Shown in pieces: positions 15,301-30,300 of a stretch of DNA of 64,000 nucleotides. The DNA is taken from contig CM120643.1 in NCBI GenBank assembly GCA_051362555.1, positions 15,874,348-15,938,347 of the forward strand. The letters run 5' to 3'. The position numbers and the translations under genes were made by a program. This stretch comes from Lingula anatina (lineage: Eukaryota > Animalia > Brachiopoda). The notes beneath the pieces are model-generated. The model saw nothing but the letters and a program-made list of their open reading frames with translations, ran no database searches and had not been told where the DNA came from. Within the stretch, counting starts at the first letter, position 1; each line of letters starts with the position of its first letter.

Positions 15301-18300
15301 ATGGCTACCAAGCCGCGGCTCCGGAGGGCAAAAAGTTATAATAAAGCTGAAGAAGCTGTGGAGGAAGAAAGAAAATTGCGATCCGTCCGGCCTGATAAAC
15401 CGTAAGTACTGCCAGGATTCCATAGACTTTGAAAAATAGGCCATCGAACTTATAGCTAATTCACAAAACACACATTTTATCAATCACTCCAACGTCTTTC
15501 CGTGTACCCAACATGACCTTGACCAGCCTTGACCTGTTTTTACTCAAAAGTTTTTTCTGATTGGATAATCCGCTTATTTACATCATGGTGATTTCACGTG
15601 TGTCGTAACAAAAAGCATTCACTTGTCATGTGGAAGTTTACATGGTACGAGCACTAGCCGAGTTGGTATATTATGCTGTGTATTGCTGCAGTGTGCTGAG
15701 AATTCTTTCTACGCGAGTTGCACAGATTGAAAGGAAATGGTAGCTGAAACTGAACTGCTCGATGCACAGGAACGAATAGGAGACACTTATGAAAGTGCAA
15801 GCAAAGAAAATATTTCTGACAAAGCAAACAATGACTTTTCTGTTCAGTATAGAAATAGAAAGATTGCAAAAGTTGGGGATATAGTTGCACGCAAGGCGCA
15901 CGATGCAGGGCACAACGGGGAGATTAAATCTAACGTGCTTCATAGAAAATGTCAGGAACATGACGCTGCTGCCGTGAAGAAAGCGATAATTACAGACTAT
16001 GATAATGAGGTCGAAAGGAAACCGCTGACACCAGGTCTCAAAGAGAAGTTGTTTAGCTGGTGGCATGCACCAGAGTATGTGATGGAACAGGGTGTCAAAC
16101 GCAAAGATGTGTAAGCAGTCCACTTTATTATTATTTGCATCAAGAATAGATGAAATGTCTAAAACAGCTGTAAATTTTGCCTTCTGTTTCCTGAAGGTGC
16201 CAACTGCATTATGCATTAATTTTGAAGTATTAGGTACTAAAAAAGTATCCTGGATACCCATGGAAATGCCCCACAGTCATATTTTTATCTTGCAAATCTC
16301 CTTTCTTTCCCAACTCAAACCTCAAAGTAGGTAGAGCCCCTTTAAAAAGTTTATCATAGGAATACTTTATTATAGTTTCTTCTTGCATGGCCCAAACCAT
16401 AGCCATCCCCCAACCTGAAATGAGAAAAATTGTATGTTACATAATACAGGGCCAAGACATGAAGTTAATTGTTTTGAAACGAGTTTTTTTTTTTTCTAAA
16501 CTAATTCTATCTGGTTACTTGACAAGAAAAAGGTGCACAGTAAGTATGACTTTAATAGATGAGGATGTCCAAGGACAGAGCATGGTCAGTAGAGCAAAAA
16601 GTCATACTAGTACTGTCATGCAATTTTTTTCATTTTTAGTGCTTTATTGTGGCAACCAATAATACTACATGATTTTATCACTACCCATGAGATCAAGTAG
16701 CACAACGTAACACTGTTTAGATGAGAGTGCATTGTAGAAGAAAAATTATTTTAAATTCCCGAAGTTACAAAATATTCTAGAGCTATTATTATTGTTACAA
16801 AAGCATGCTTTGAATCTTTTTTTATGTCTGAAATTATTGCATGGACTGATGCGTCTTTACAGGAGTAACCTTGCATAACACTGACTACATCACCTTGAAC
16901 ACTACAAATTGTTTGATGTTTACGTGGAGGGATTGAAAGGCTAAATTTATATTAACAAAAATCTGTTAAGAATATTGTCAAAAAGTTAACATTTTGATGG
17001 AGGCAAGTTGTATATCTATTTTGACACTCATTTGGAACTGACTTGTATAAAAAAAGTTATAATCTTAAAAGACAAAATATTACTGATTTACTAGTACTAG
17101 TAAATAAGCTAATTTTTTTTTGTCAAAAGCAGTTCCAAAGACTGTTGAACTTCCCAATCATAAAATCCCTGGCTTCATGTCTGGTCCATGAGCCTATACC
17201 TTGTACTGTACTTCATCTGAATCTTTTAAAGAAGCCAAAAGTGTGACTAGTGAGAAGTGTATTGTGCAGTGATAAGTGAAGTCAGTGTGGGTCTGTTAGG
17301 ATACTGAGCGTGAAAGTAGCTAGGTTGGGGCAGGTTTTATTGTAAAACCTGGCTTCTTAGGACCTCCCCCTTTCCCTTCGCTTCCAACAGGTGTGCCTTT
17401 ACCATTTTTAGGCTATGTGCTGCAAGTTATTTGAATATGGGAATCTTGTAAACAGCATCTATCAACTAAAAGCTTGTTTGTACAAAGGTTTATTAAAATC
17501 AAGGTAAAATCAAGGGAAAATTACAGACTGCTTTCCGGGAATACATTTTTGAAAATCAGGCAAATCATTTTGCCCCAGTACAGTAAAAAATATAAAAATA
17601 ATAGAACTTGGAAGCATAACATTTGCATTTCATTTTGCATTTATTTTGTCATATAAATTTGCTGTGAATCGCCAATTCACGAAAAATTATTCTGTGACTT
17701 ACTTGAAAACTTTTTTTATTTCAGAATACATCATCACACAGACTCCCTATTCAGTACATCTAGTGGGTTTGCCAACTTCAGAGGACTTCTAAATCTGTGC
17801 ATAGTTCTGCTGGTATGTACATGTGTGTAAATATGTATTGATATGCATACGTATGAATGCATACAACCCCTTCCAGTCTGTGTTTGTCTGTCCTGCCCTC
17901 CTTCCTTCTATCCTTCCTTTTTCCTGCAATCAGTTTTCTGCTCTTTATCTTTAATTTTTTTCTTGTCCAGCATCATACTTGCAAAAGCACACATGCACTT
18001 AGAAAAAAAATTATTTGTGTCAAAGTGCTTGTGTACCCTTTGTGCAGTAGAACATGTGAAGCATGAACATTATTTTTTTATGACATAATTGACATGTTAA
18101 CTGGTCATCATCTAGTCAAATGATTGTCCAACATCATTGTGTTTGTAGGATACTGTAGATGTTTCTTTTAGTAACTTACATGTTGTAAATGAAGAATTAT
18201 TAATTTTTGTGCTTGTCAACGTACAGAAATTTTGTGACAAATTGAAAAAATAAAATAAAAAAAAAATTCAAAGCACAAAAGCTTGAATCCATGAGCATGT

Positions 18301-21300
18301 GAGTGGGGAACTCCAAAGGACAATGGAGATCAAAATATGATGTAAAAACTTTTTTTTGCTCTTGCAAAAGAAGTGATTACTAGTATTGTTACAGACAATT
18401 AAATGTCTTCATGAAAAATAAAATATATATCTGTGAATATTATGGAAATGAAAAGGGATGAGAATTTGATCCCCAGATTAGTTAAGTGAAGGCAAGGCCA
18501 TAAAAGATGTCCAGACTGCATTACAGTTTCAAGGTTGTCTGAGTGTTATCAAAACCAGACTGTTTAGTTTTAAGCAACCCCTGCACTTGTGAACAAAATG
18601 TGCACTTACAATCATTGTACGTGATAGTATCCCATGGTCGTCTTGTCTCGTCTTCACTGATAAGAAGAAATGACCTTCTCTCATGTCCTTGTATGCACTT
18701 TTGTTGAGTAAGTTATCAGTAATGTCTATCATTTGACACTGTATAGCATCATTTGTGCTACATTGTCTGCTGGACATTGTTCCAAGGTTGCAGGAATAGA
18801 ACGATTCATACTTGCTATAATTAGTCAACCTTGCAGCTGTTGCCATTTGAAGTTGATAATTATGAATCAATTATGATGTTGTCAAATTTGAGTTTTGACA
18901 AAGTAGCGAACTTGTATGATTTATTTGCTCAAGGCAACAATAAATTTGCTTTTTGGATTTATTTTGTATTAGCTGTTAAAAAAAATATTGTAAAAAAAAA
19001 AAAAACTGTGTTGCTTTAATGTACCCTCATTCTATGTTAGTACTCAGCCTTAAGTTATTTTATTCTATGTAACCTTGCTGTAACATGTTTTATAATTTTC
19101 CTCCATATTTACTATGTTTTTAGTGGAAATGCTGTTTCCAATTGTTTGACCTGGGAGATATTCCACAGCTGGCATGTATGGTGCACTGTGCATGATCAGT
19201 GAATGATTCTGATTGTGGGGCTTTAAAAAACTTTGTTTTCATCAGGTTAAAGTTTTAGTTTTGATGGAAGTTTTGAAAAAAAAAAAGGAGTTTGCACTGA
19301 AGGCTTATTTAACTTCAGTATCTGCTGTTTGGATAAAAAATCGAAGTAAATTTTCTGGTTCACTTTATTTTGTTCACAAATGAGTGGTTCCTAAATTGAA
19401 GCAGTGTTATTTGTATACCTCAATGGGTCTATTTGTGAATATTCACATTAACAATAGCACATATAATTAAAATCGGTGGTGATTATGCTGTTAAGCATTA
19501 TGAAATATTGCATTAAATTAACAAAACCTTATTTTGTTCACTGTCATCGTAAGGATTATGGACACAAAATTATATTGCTTACTCACTGTGCTCAATCTTA
19601 CAAGAATGAATCTACGTACTAAAATATGGATTGAGTTGGAATACCAGCCTGATTAGATCTTTCTTGTAAAAATTTTGCATTTTTTTCTTTAATTTTCTCA
19701 TGCTGTAGTGGCATTTTTACTGCAGGACTTTGAAGTCACATGTGCCTAAAGTCCTATGCTATTTATTATTTCTCAATGTCCATGCTACCTGTAGCACAGA
19801 ATAAAAAAAAATTGATGATTATGCTGTTACACAATATGTAAAATTGTAGCAAAATTGTACACTGGCATTGTTATTTTTTGTTTTGTGTCTGTACATTATC
19901 AGCTTTTTTTTCCTTTTTTAAATCACAGGACGTTTTGTTTGGTATAAAAGCAGCTCGCTCAGATGTAATAAAACCCTCTTTAAAATCTGTTTGTACACTA
20001 CAAATGTCACACCTGCTGCCTTTATTCTATTATGACGTGGAATTGAATAGTTTTACCAGTTGCATATAAGTCAGTGTTGAACAAAAAAGAAAATGTGCAT
20101 GCCATATTTTCACCTGCAGGTAACTGTTGCTGATTTTTTAGACAAAACTTTCAGAAAACAAAGCAGTTACTTGAAGTGAAATGGTCAAACTTCCACAACT
20201 GGACTGTTCACCTATTTAAATCACCCCCATCCCCTTCTCTTGTACACATAGCATGCACAGAAATAAGTGTACCTTGTTAGTGCATACAAAACATTAAAAA
20301 AGATTAAGGAAGTGCCCATCGTTTCAAAATGAGAAAGCATTTGTCTTTATCATTTCAGCTTGTTGCAGTGTTAGTATGATAAAATTAACTGTGAAAAGTG
20401 GGCTTTTATGAAACAGTGAACATTTAGCCTTGGAATTTGCATTTATCTTGGCCTTGGTTGATTTTGTATCTGTTTATTTTCCATCACTGACCACTTGCTG
20501 ACCTTGGTTGATACAAAATGACTAGGTAATGTAATACATGGATAACTTGTGAAAGACTTTGAGATTATCAACTTTAGATTCCTGTTTGTGAAAGGGTTTT
20601 CTTTTTTGTAGTGATGCTGGAGGGAGAGATTGGGGGGGGGGGGATGTATTAATTGTAAAAAATGATAAAAATGCATGAGGGAAGTTGTTTAATTTGATTT
20701 GAAATTACATATAATCATTTTCCTGGGTGACACCAGCTTGGATGTTGTTCTGATTAGTGCATTGAGTTAATTCAACAGCACATGCCACATGGTTGATATC
20801 AGAGATAAAACCAAGTATCGGAATTCGATTTTCCTAGTGATGAAAAATGTTGCCAACTCACCTGAATAATACCAAATTATAGTGATTTTAGCATAATTTA
20901 AGGTAACAGTTTTTCAGAGCAGCCAGTATGTGTTGCTTATATTATGATCAAAGGCAGTGAGGAAAAAAGCTTAGGATATAATGCAAGTCACAGAGCAGCA
21001 TCTTAGGCCAGCGGTTTATAAATTTACAAAGTTTAAATAAGGGTCATTCCCCAAAAAGTGAGTATTTTAGTCAAATCGATGACACGTGTAGTATTTGCAT
21101 AATCTTCACTTGCTCCTTTACTTTAGCTGTTTTATACTAAGGTACTCTCCAATATGAAAATAAATTCATTTTTTTTAATGAGCTCTTACTAGATAAAACA
21201 GTGATACAAAAATTACCCCAAATGTGTGCATCACTGATGGAAGGCAATAGCATTTTGAGTACTGTTAAATGTTGGCAACTCTACCATGTACAAATAAAAA

Positions 21301-24300
21301 GGTTCTGCTGGCCAGCAACATTTTTCAGTGCAATGCAATTACTGAGCAGTGGTTTCATAACCAGATATTACCCATTGATAACATACATATATATTGATAA
21401 CATACATAATGATGTCTACAGCAGGGCAGGCACTTATAGTATGCATAAATTTATCAGATTGAACTCCTGAACAGCAGAGGAAATGACCATTGTAATAAAC
21501 TGATAAAAAGTTGGGAATGAAGACGGTACATGTGCACTTACAATTTGCACCACTGACCATTTGTGTCCATAGTGGCCAATTAATAATGGCCTGTCCCTCC
21601 CATGAAACATTTACTTTTGTGCAAGCATGAATATTTCAAGGATTTTCCTCTTTTGTGCATGTTTAAAGTAATATTTTTGGCTGGGGAGGGTTAGCCCCTT
21701 AAAAAGTTATATAAAAAACCTTTGGAATAGCCTTAAAGATGCCCAGTGCAGGATTTCCATGTGAAAAAACTTGTATGTATATCAAAGTTCCATAAGTTGA
21801 ACAGTATTTTTTCGACTAACCAACATACAAAAAACAAAAAACACAATCATCAGCATGTAGGTTGATGCCAGCTTCATCATTGAGGTCTGCTGACAGCACC
21901 TCTGACCCTGGTTGACCCGTGTGACCACCTAGTGTCCACCTAGTGTCCACCCTCCAATTTGCATCATTATCAGCATCAGAGGACTGTATATCATACAATG
22001 GTGGTAATTAAGGCTTTCAGGGTTGTCTGTGGCATGTATGATAGATCTCCTGTGTCATGTACGGAGAGTTATAATGTTTGCTGAAAGGCAATGCATGAAT
22101 GATCACTTTGTTTGACTGTTTATTGTTATTGAATAAGTAGTGGAGTGGCAAAAAATAAATTGTAAATATTGTTTGAAGTTTTTTTGAGTTTGGTAGCTAA
22201 GATGTGTGAATAAATGGAGAGATGAATGGAACAAAATTTAATCAATAAATAGTAGACAAATGTAAAATACACAAATTGACATTAGATTAAAATTAAGACA
22301 GTTGGTGTTAGCTCATTCATGATTATTTTTATGTAACGTCAAACTTTTATATCTTTACAGGTTTTATCCAATGCAAGAGTTGCCCTTGAAAATATAATCA
22401 AGTAAGTGGGTTTCATTTTGTGAAAGCAGAAAATTTCAAAGTATTAGGTGTAATGGTGTGCAGCTGTGATCGATGCTCTGCCTCTTCAGCTGGTATCATT
22501 AAATTTTTCTGACACTTTCTTCTGAAGGATAAAAATCAATAGGTCATTTAAGAAGTTAATTGTATAGATATAAAATGTCACACATTTCTCAAAAGTTGCA
22601 TAATTAATTTATAGACTATTTGTTCTAAGACTTTTGCCTTAAAATCAGATGGTTGAGATAGGCAGGGAATGCATCCCCCGTCCCCAAAACAAGCACACGT
22701 AGAAGATAAATAAATAAAAATTGAAACTATTGAGCAATTCAGAGAATTTCTTTACTATTAAGCACTGGTTATTGTCCAACCTAAATATATTTTAAAATGC
22801 AATAGTTATCTAAGTTTTTTACTATAGTATGAAGGGCATAGGCAAAGCCAGTGAATGTTGTCTTTTTGTGGTCTAAGTCCTGTCATTTGCCATTACAGAT
22901 ATGGTATATTGGTGGACCCACTGCAAGTGATAGCTCTCTTTCTGAGGGAACCATATAGCTGGCCATGTGTTTTATTGGTTTTATGTAAGTATTCTCTATA
23001 CACTATCTGTTCACTAAATTACTGGCCAGGGGTATTAATTTGCTTTGTAAAGTTTAAACCAAGTTTGAATTTATTAAAAAAAAAATAATTGCCAGATATG
23101 TGGAATTTCAATTTTATCTTAGGTTTTTGCTTAATTTGATATATTTTTTGCAGACACTATAATTTGATATATTTTTTGCAGACACTAATGAACTATGATA
23201 CATCTTTTACAATAAAATTTGGTATTGCCATTTTGATATTTCTGTTCTTCAGTGGTGAATGTATTCATACAGGTTGCTTTTGCATTGGAAGTGGCTCTCT
23301 CAAAGGTAGGTTAGGTATGGGCTTAATCTTCACAAGCCAAGATTAATAGAACTTTACAACATCGCTGAACCTTTAAATTACTCAATGCATGCTGGAGCAA
23401 CCCAGCCTCTTTCCATTACTGCCAGCAAATCTTATGGCATTTAGACAAATATTTTGGCCAGGTTTTGGAACAATCACCTTGTGAGTGGAGGTAGATGGTT
23501 TGCCCTCAGTGCAGCCTATAGCTGGCTCTGACTGTTTGAGTTGTATAACCTCACCATAGAGAAAAATGAAGTATTAAGAGCTTTTTACACTTTTATTTCC
23601 TCATTTAGAGATGCTAGAGTTGTCAGTTATCTATGTAGAAAACTAAGGTACTTGTTTTATACTAACACTACCAATAGTAAGTATATTCTCTAAAATATTT
23701 GTCATCAGTATGTTAATGGACTTGTTTGTTGTCTCTCTCTTTGCAGAATCTGATACTTGGTATTGTCTTCATGTGGAATTTTTTTCTTTTAATTTCAATA
23801 GGAACCAAGTTGAATTTGATTGTTTCTTGCTGAACAATTATATAATGTATGACAACTTTATTTTCAGGGTATAATTTCAGAGAGGCTTGGGGCTATTGTT
23901 CATGGCATTAACTTGTTTATTTGCCTTACCTTCCCTGCAGCAGTGATCATCTACTTGCACCCCGTGCCATGTGAGTTAGGAAAGTTTTAAAGATATTTTA
24001 TTACTTAGGCACCATTACCTAGCCAATTAATTGATGAAAAGAAAAAAGTTATGAATGAGACAAAATTAAAGTTTTCTTATGAAAGTAACTGGGAATTGTT
24101 ACAACATTGAAGGAAATTTTGGCATTTCTCATTATGGAAATAGAGAGTGGATGTTGAAGAAAATCATATTTCTCACTGTGAAAATAGAAAAAAATTGGCT
24201 TCAGCAATATACCTGTTGTTACAGTATTGAAAATTTTCTAATTGTTACACTTTCTAGGTAATGGTGACAAAAAACTAAAGTTTAAATGACAGAAACAAAT

Positions 24301-27300
24301 TCATTATTGTCAGTAAAAAGAGTTTGCATTAAATGATGAGTGTTCAACTATTCGATATTATATTCTTTTATGTATTTTGACCTTTTATATCCAAAAAAAT
24401 TGATGTAACCATTTTTCATTAACGCGTCTCTTTAATTGCTTTGGTACCAATTACTGACAGTCAATTAGTGACATGTATCTAACTGGAGTTAGTTTGCTTT
24501 TCACTTAGTTTATTAGTGTAGCAATGATAACATCATGTATTGATAGATTACACTACTAATATATCAGTGATATGTTTTTCATTATTATCATTATCATTGT
24601 CAAGTTTTTATGTGTTCTTTGGTATGGTTTTTTATTTGGATAATAATGTAGATATTTCTTTTCTTTTTTTTTTTTTGTAATTTTTTGTTATGTAAATTGA
24701 AAAGTATTCATGAAGATTAGATCGCTACTTTTTAGAGGGTTGTTGATTTCGTCCAGGCTTGGTCTACTGCAGTCACTATATATTCTCTCTATGGTGTTTA
24801 TTGAGTAATAATCGATTTAAAAATCACCATCAGCATAGAGTGAGTTGAGAGTGCTGACAGCTTCAGGTGTGAACACCTAAAGATAAAATCTAGTTCAAAT
24901 GATCAAAAGTATTTGAATAGATTTAATATCTAATCTTCATGAATATTTTTGTAGAACTGCTTGCAGATCCAGTTAAATTGATTTATTTTCTCATTTATGT
25001 TATGTGTTGTAGTTTTCTCAGCAAACACTCTGGCCGCCTATACCTTGGTCTTTCTCAAGCTTATATCATACTGTCTAACAAACAAGTGGTGTCGAAAAGA
25101 CAGAGAAGTACGAGCACAATCTAGATACCGTCTCCAGCGAGGGCGATCTGTCTCTTATCATGCTGCAGGTATTACTCGTGGTTAGAAGCTGATGTGCATA
25201 CTTATAAGCATGCGCTAATAATCTCTTCCCTAATCATCAGTAGATAACCTATGCAACACATCGGTGTAAGCCTTTTAACCTAGCTTTCCAGCAATGGTTT
25301 TTGCTTTTTTTACTGCCCCTAGAATTTGCTTCCTTACTTCTAAGGTTGGTATCGCTGTCAAACTTTGGAAATCATCACCTGATTGTATCCTTACTTGCTT
25401 TCTAGGTTGCATTTTGCTTGATAGCTTTTTTTTCCATGGAGCTAAGAACTGATGATGTTATTGCTAGACTTGGGTACTGCTTTCTGCCATTTTTAAATTT
25501 CAGCCAAATGCTAGCTCACAGATCCCTTATGATGGTGATTACAGTCATTCATGAAAACCAATCATTAACAGACCTCTTATTTGTGATTTAGTTTTCAGTG
25601 CAAATACACTGGCCATATACACTGTAGTGTTTCTAAAGCTGATCTCATATTCAAATACAAATAAATGGTGTAGAGAGTCTGAAACAAACAACTCTATTCA
25701 GCCACGAACAAGATCACTTTCCCATTCAGATGAACAGTTGGGTAGGTATGAAGATTTATAAGATGGTTCTTGCAAGGAAATGCCTTTTTTCCCCTCTGTA
25801 TTTCATACTTTTTATATTGTCTTTGCTTTACCATTGCTATTTGATTTTTCCAGTGATAAAACACATCCACAAAATTTTTTTAAATGCTCTTTTATCATAA
25901 ACTTACATGACAAAAATAGCTATAATTAGATTGTTAATGGTTCCTTGAATTTTATATTACAGTTGGAGATAACCTTCTCCCATTCAATTACATTATTAAA
26001 TAACTTGTTAGATATACATTTAGAATAATTATTCTTAAAAGAAGTAAGCACTTACAGTGTCAGATATTTGATAAATTAGAAGTCACATTTGGACCTGTCA
26101 TGTTTTAAATTTTTGAATCAGGATCTTAAATTTATCTCATTCTCTACTTGCTGTAGTAAGGATGAAAATGTGAATGTATATTACCTTTTTTGTAGTGAGT
26201 TGAAACTTTAGTAAATGAAACATAATTCAATTTTTTTTCGTTTTCCCAGAACAAGTGGCCAATGGAAAACCAGAGACCACATTTGTGGTATATCCAAACA
26301 ATTTGAATCAAGCAGGTAATTGGCAAAGAAATATTTGACTACATTATGACTCTTGTTTTAGTTCTTAAACAAACTTTTATTTTTAACTGATTTAGAAGTC
26401 TGTAGTATTAGACTATATGCGTTTCCCTTGAAAAGAAGAAAATGTTGAAATACAATATATTTATAGCAAGTAAGTGTTAAACAGGTGATGACTCTGAATG
26501 TGTCACATCTTTAAATTCTGCACTTTGTGATATCACTTTTGTTTTATTGTAAATTTATCCTTGTCTACCCATTTAAAGGCATATGTTTTTTCAATGTCAA
26601 GACATAGGCCACATTCAGAACAGTGGACTTAACAGTCTGAGGGTCAAATATGGCAGACCCACTTGAATACTTCCTGACGGGGAATCCATTCAGTGTCTTT
26701 TAGCAGATAAGATGGCAAGCTTTTTAGTGGGTCACCATATTTGACCTGCAGACTAGTTAGTCCACTGTTCGGAATGCAGCCATTCTTCAAAGATTTATTT
26801 GTTATAAATCTGTTTCAGATATATACTACTTCATGTTCGCACCAACTTTGTGTTATGAGCTCAACTTTCCCAGGTCAGCCAGGATTAGGAAAAGGTTTCT
26901 GCTTAAGAGAGGTTTGGAGATGGTACGCTATTTAATTATTTTGTTCATTAAATTGGCAATATATATCCTGGTGTGTCATGAGCTAGCAGTTGCATTATGA
27001 ACCCCATTGGGCAGATAGCAATTGCCTGTCTGTAGTCACCATAGGTGTCTCCATTGTCAAACTTACAGGAATGATGCATAAGACTAAGACCCCATTCCCA
27101 GAGATTAGATCGATCCAAACTAGATCAACCTAACTATCTGGGGGTTCACGCTAAATAGCTGTCAGCCGAGTGGGCACGAAAGTTAATTACCCCCTTACAG
27201 CTTGTAGTAGGCGGGACGGACATTTAAGCCGGATTATCTGACAGTAATCTAGTGAGACTCCCCACGGGGATATATCGATCTAAATGTCTGGGAATACGCC

Positions 27301-30300
27301 CTAAAATACTGCTCATTATTATGTTCTAAGACCATTCTAGTTGGACTATTTAAATTTCGTTTTTTTCTCAATAACTGGCATTTTTCAATTGTAATTTTAA
27401 ATTCTCATGGGTTGAAGCCCTGTGCCAGATGGATTTTTGTATGTCCACAGTAATTGAAAAACAGTATAAATGGTAGTGATCATATGCTACTAAGCATATT
27501 GCGTAAAACTGAGAAAAACATTTTTTTGCGCTTTCATTATTAACTGGTTAACGTTCATCACTTAAAGACAGTTTTAAATTAATTGGTTCTATCTGTTTTG
27601 TTAGTTATGCATCTATACCTTTGTCAGCTTTGTTGTATTGTTATCTTATGTCTTCAGTTTTATTATTTATTATTCTTGATAAATTACATGTTGAAGTGGT
27701 AGAAATGGAAGTGAACAGATTTTTAACTTAAATCATTACAAATTGTGCTAGCACATGTTTAGGGTGTACCCTGTAATGATGATACTTCATAACAGTTTTC
27801 ATTTTAAGGATAAATATGCCCTTTGAGATTTTAGGCAGCAAATCAGGTGCTTTTTTTTTTAATTTAAAATTGCACCTGTTAGTCTTTCTCATGACATGTA
27901 AAATTTGCTCTTCAAAGTAGCTGTCTGACTTAAACATAATATTTGCAGGAAGTTACTCGCTGCTTTACTTTTACTTTTCAGTTATTCTTAGTCCAGATTA
28001 TGGGAGGGCTGGTACAGCAGGTAATTTCTTTATGAAAGTTTATTATCAACATTTGATGTTGTCTAAGTTTATTGTGACAGGATTGTGAAATATAAGATGA
28101 AAAATTATAATATATTTTTATTTATATTAATTTATTGTTATTGTACCACCAGCGTTAGCGCTGGCGGTACACATGGTTTTAGTCCCGTCCGGTCCGTTCC
28201 GCCGGCTCCTGCGGCTCCGCCGGCTCCGTGGCCATGTTACCGTTACCGCTTCTCCTCCTAGACGGTAAGGGCCCCCATACCCATCTCTTGGATTTAGGTC
28301 ACCTATAATCTCAACTCGTTCCACGTAAAATTTGGGCTTTGTCGGTATTGGGGTCTAGGTGTGGCACTCATTGCAATGCACCCTTGTCCAAAAATGGCAA
28401 AATTAAATGCTAATTATCTACCCTACATAAGGAATTATGGGAAAAATTTCTACAGACGGCTTTCCAAAAGTCATATGTGTAGATTTCAAATATGCCCTTG
28501 GATTTGACCTTTGACCTTTATTTCAAGGTCAAACGGGCAAAAATTTTCAAAAAAATGAATTTTTTTTACGAAAATAAATTTATTTGCGCTGTTATTCAGA
28601 CACCACACAGACTTAACCAATAATATTATTGGAAAATGTTACCCTTCAGGTCATCTTTCATCTGTGTGAATTTGGGGTCAATCGGTGCATTTTCACGGGT
28701 GTAGCGGCCATAAGATACCGAAACTGAAAACTGTCTCTAATTCGGGAACCGTTAATGCTAGAGACCCATTCTTTTTTGCATTTTGTAGAGCATGTAAAGC
28801 CCAACACTGGAAGTGGTCTCCTTTTTTTGTATTCCATACGGTTTTCGAGTTACGCTGTATCAAAAAGTACATATTGGTGGTGAAAGCAAAATGTGCAGTA
28901 CGGTAATGGATAATAAATTTTGAACTCTGGAAAAATAAAACATAAGGCTTGGCAAAGCAGACAACTTGTGGTCAAAAATGACATTATTTCATCAAATTTG
29001 AACTTCTGGAACTTCAGAGCACCTCCCATTTCAAGAATTTTGACCAAAATGACCTTTTTTTTATTTTAATTAATTTTTTCTGTAGGAAATTTATGGCACA
29101 TTAAAGTAACTCTGAAATTATAACATTTAGTCCCTTATATCTCCAAAACTGGCAGAGATAGGTCCATAGTTACTATTGAAGTTGAATAGGAAGTCATATA
29201 CTGGCAATCTTACTGTGACCTTGAAATTGACCTTTGACCTACTTTTCACCATAAATTGAACTTTGCAAATTTTGCTTCCCTTTTATCTCCAAAACTGGCA
29301 GAGATAGGTCCATAGTTACTATTGAAGATGAATATGAAGTCATATACTGGCAATCTAAATGTGACCTTGAAATTGACCTTTGACCTACTTTTCACCATGA
29401 ACTGAACTTTGGAAAGTTTGCTTCCCTTTTATCTCCAAAACTAGCAGAGATAGGTCCATAGTTACTATTGAAGTTGAATAGGAAGTCATATACTGGCAAT
29501 CTAAATGTGACCTTAAAATTGACCTTTGACCTACTTTTCACCATGAACTGAACTCTGCTAATTTCTTTCTCTTTTAACTCCAAACCTGGCAGAGATAGGT
29601 CCATAGTTACTATTGAAGTTGAATAGGAAGTCATATATTGGCAATCTAAATGTGACCTTGAAATTGACCTTTGACCTACTTTTTATCATGAATTGAACTT
29701 TGCAAATTTTGGTTCCCTTTTATCTCCAAAACTGGCAGAGATAGGTCCATAGTTACTATTGAACTTGAATAGGAAGTCATATAATGGCAATCTTAATGTG
29801 ACCTTGAAATTGACCTTTGACCTACTTTTCATCATGAGCTGAACTTTGCAAATTTTGCTTCTCTTTTATCTCCAAAGTTACGCTGTATCAAAAAGTACAT
29901 TTTGGTGGTTAAAGCAAAATGTGCAGTACGGTAATGGATAATAAATTTTGAACTCCGGAAAAATAAAACATAAGGCTTGGCAAAGCAGGCAACTTGTGGT
30001 CGAAAATGACATTATTTCATCAAATTTGAACATCTGGAACTTCAGAGCACCTCCCATTTCAAGAATTTTGACCAAAATGACCTTTTTTTTTATTTTAATT
30101 AATTTTTTCCGTAGGAAATTTATGGCACATTATGGTAACTCCAAAATTATAACATTTAGTCCCTTATATCTCCAAAACTGGCAGAGATAAGTCCATAGTT
30201 ACTATTGAAGTTGAATAGGAAGTCATGTACTGGCAATCTTACTGTGACCTTGAAATTGACCTTTGACCTACTTTTCACCATGAACTGAACTTTGCAAATT

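Noticed and set aside
19480-19760. Weak similarity to 37180-37440
   Set aside because: Probably an old interspersed repeat, too diverged to define boundaries by eye.
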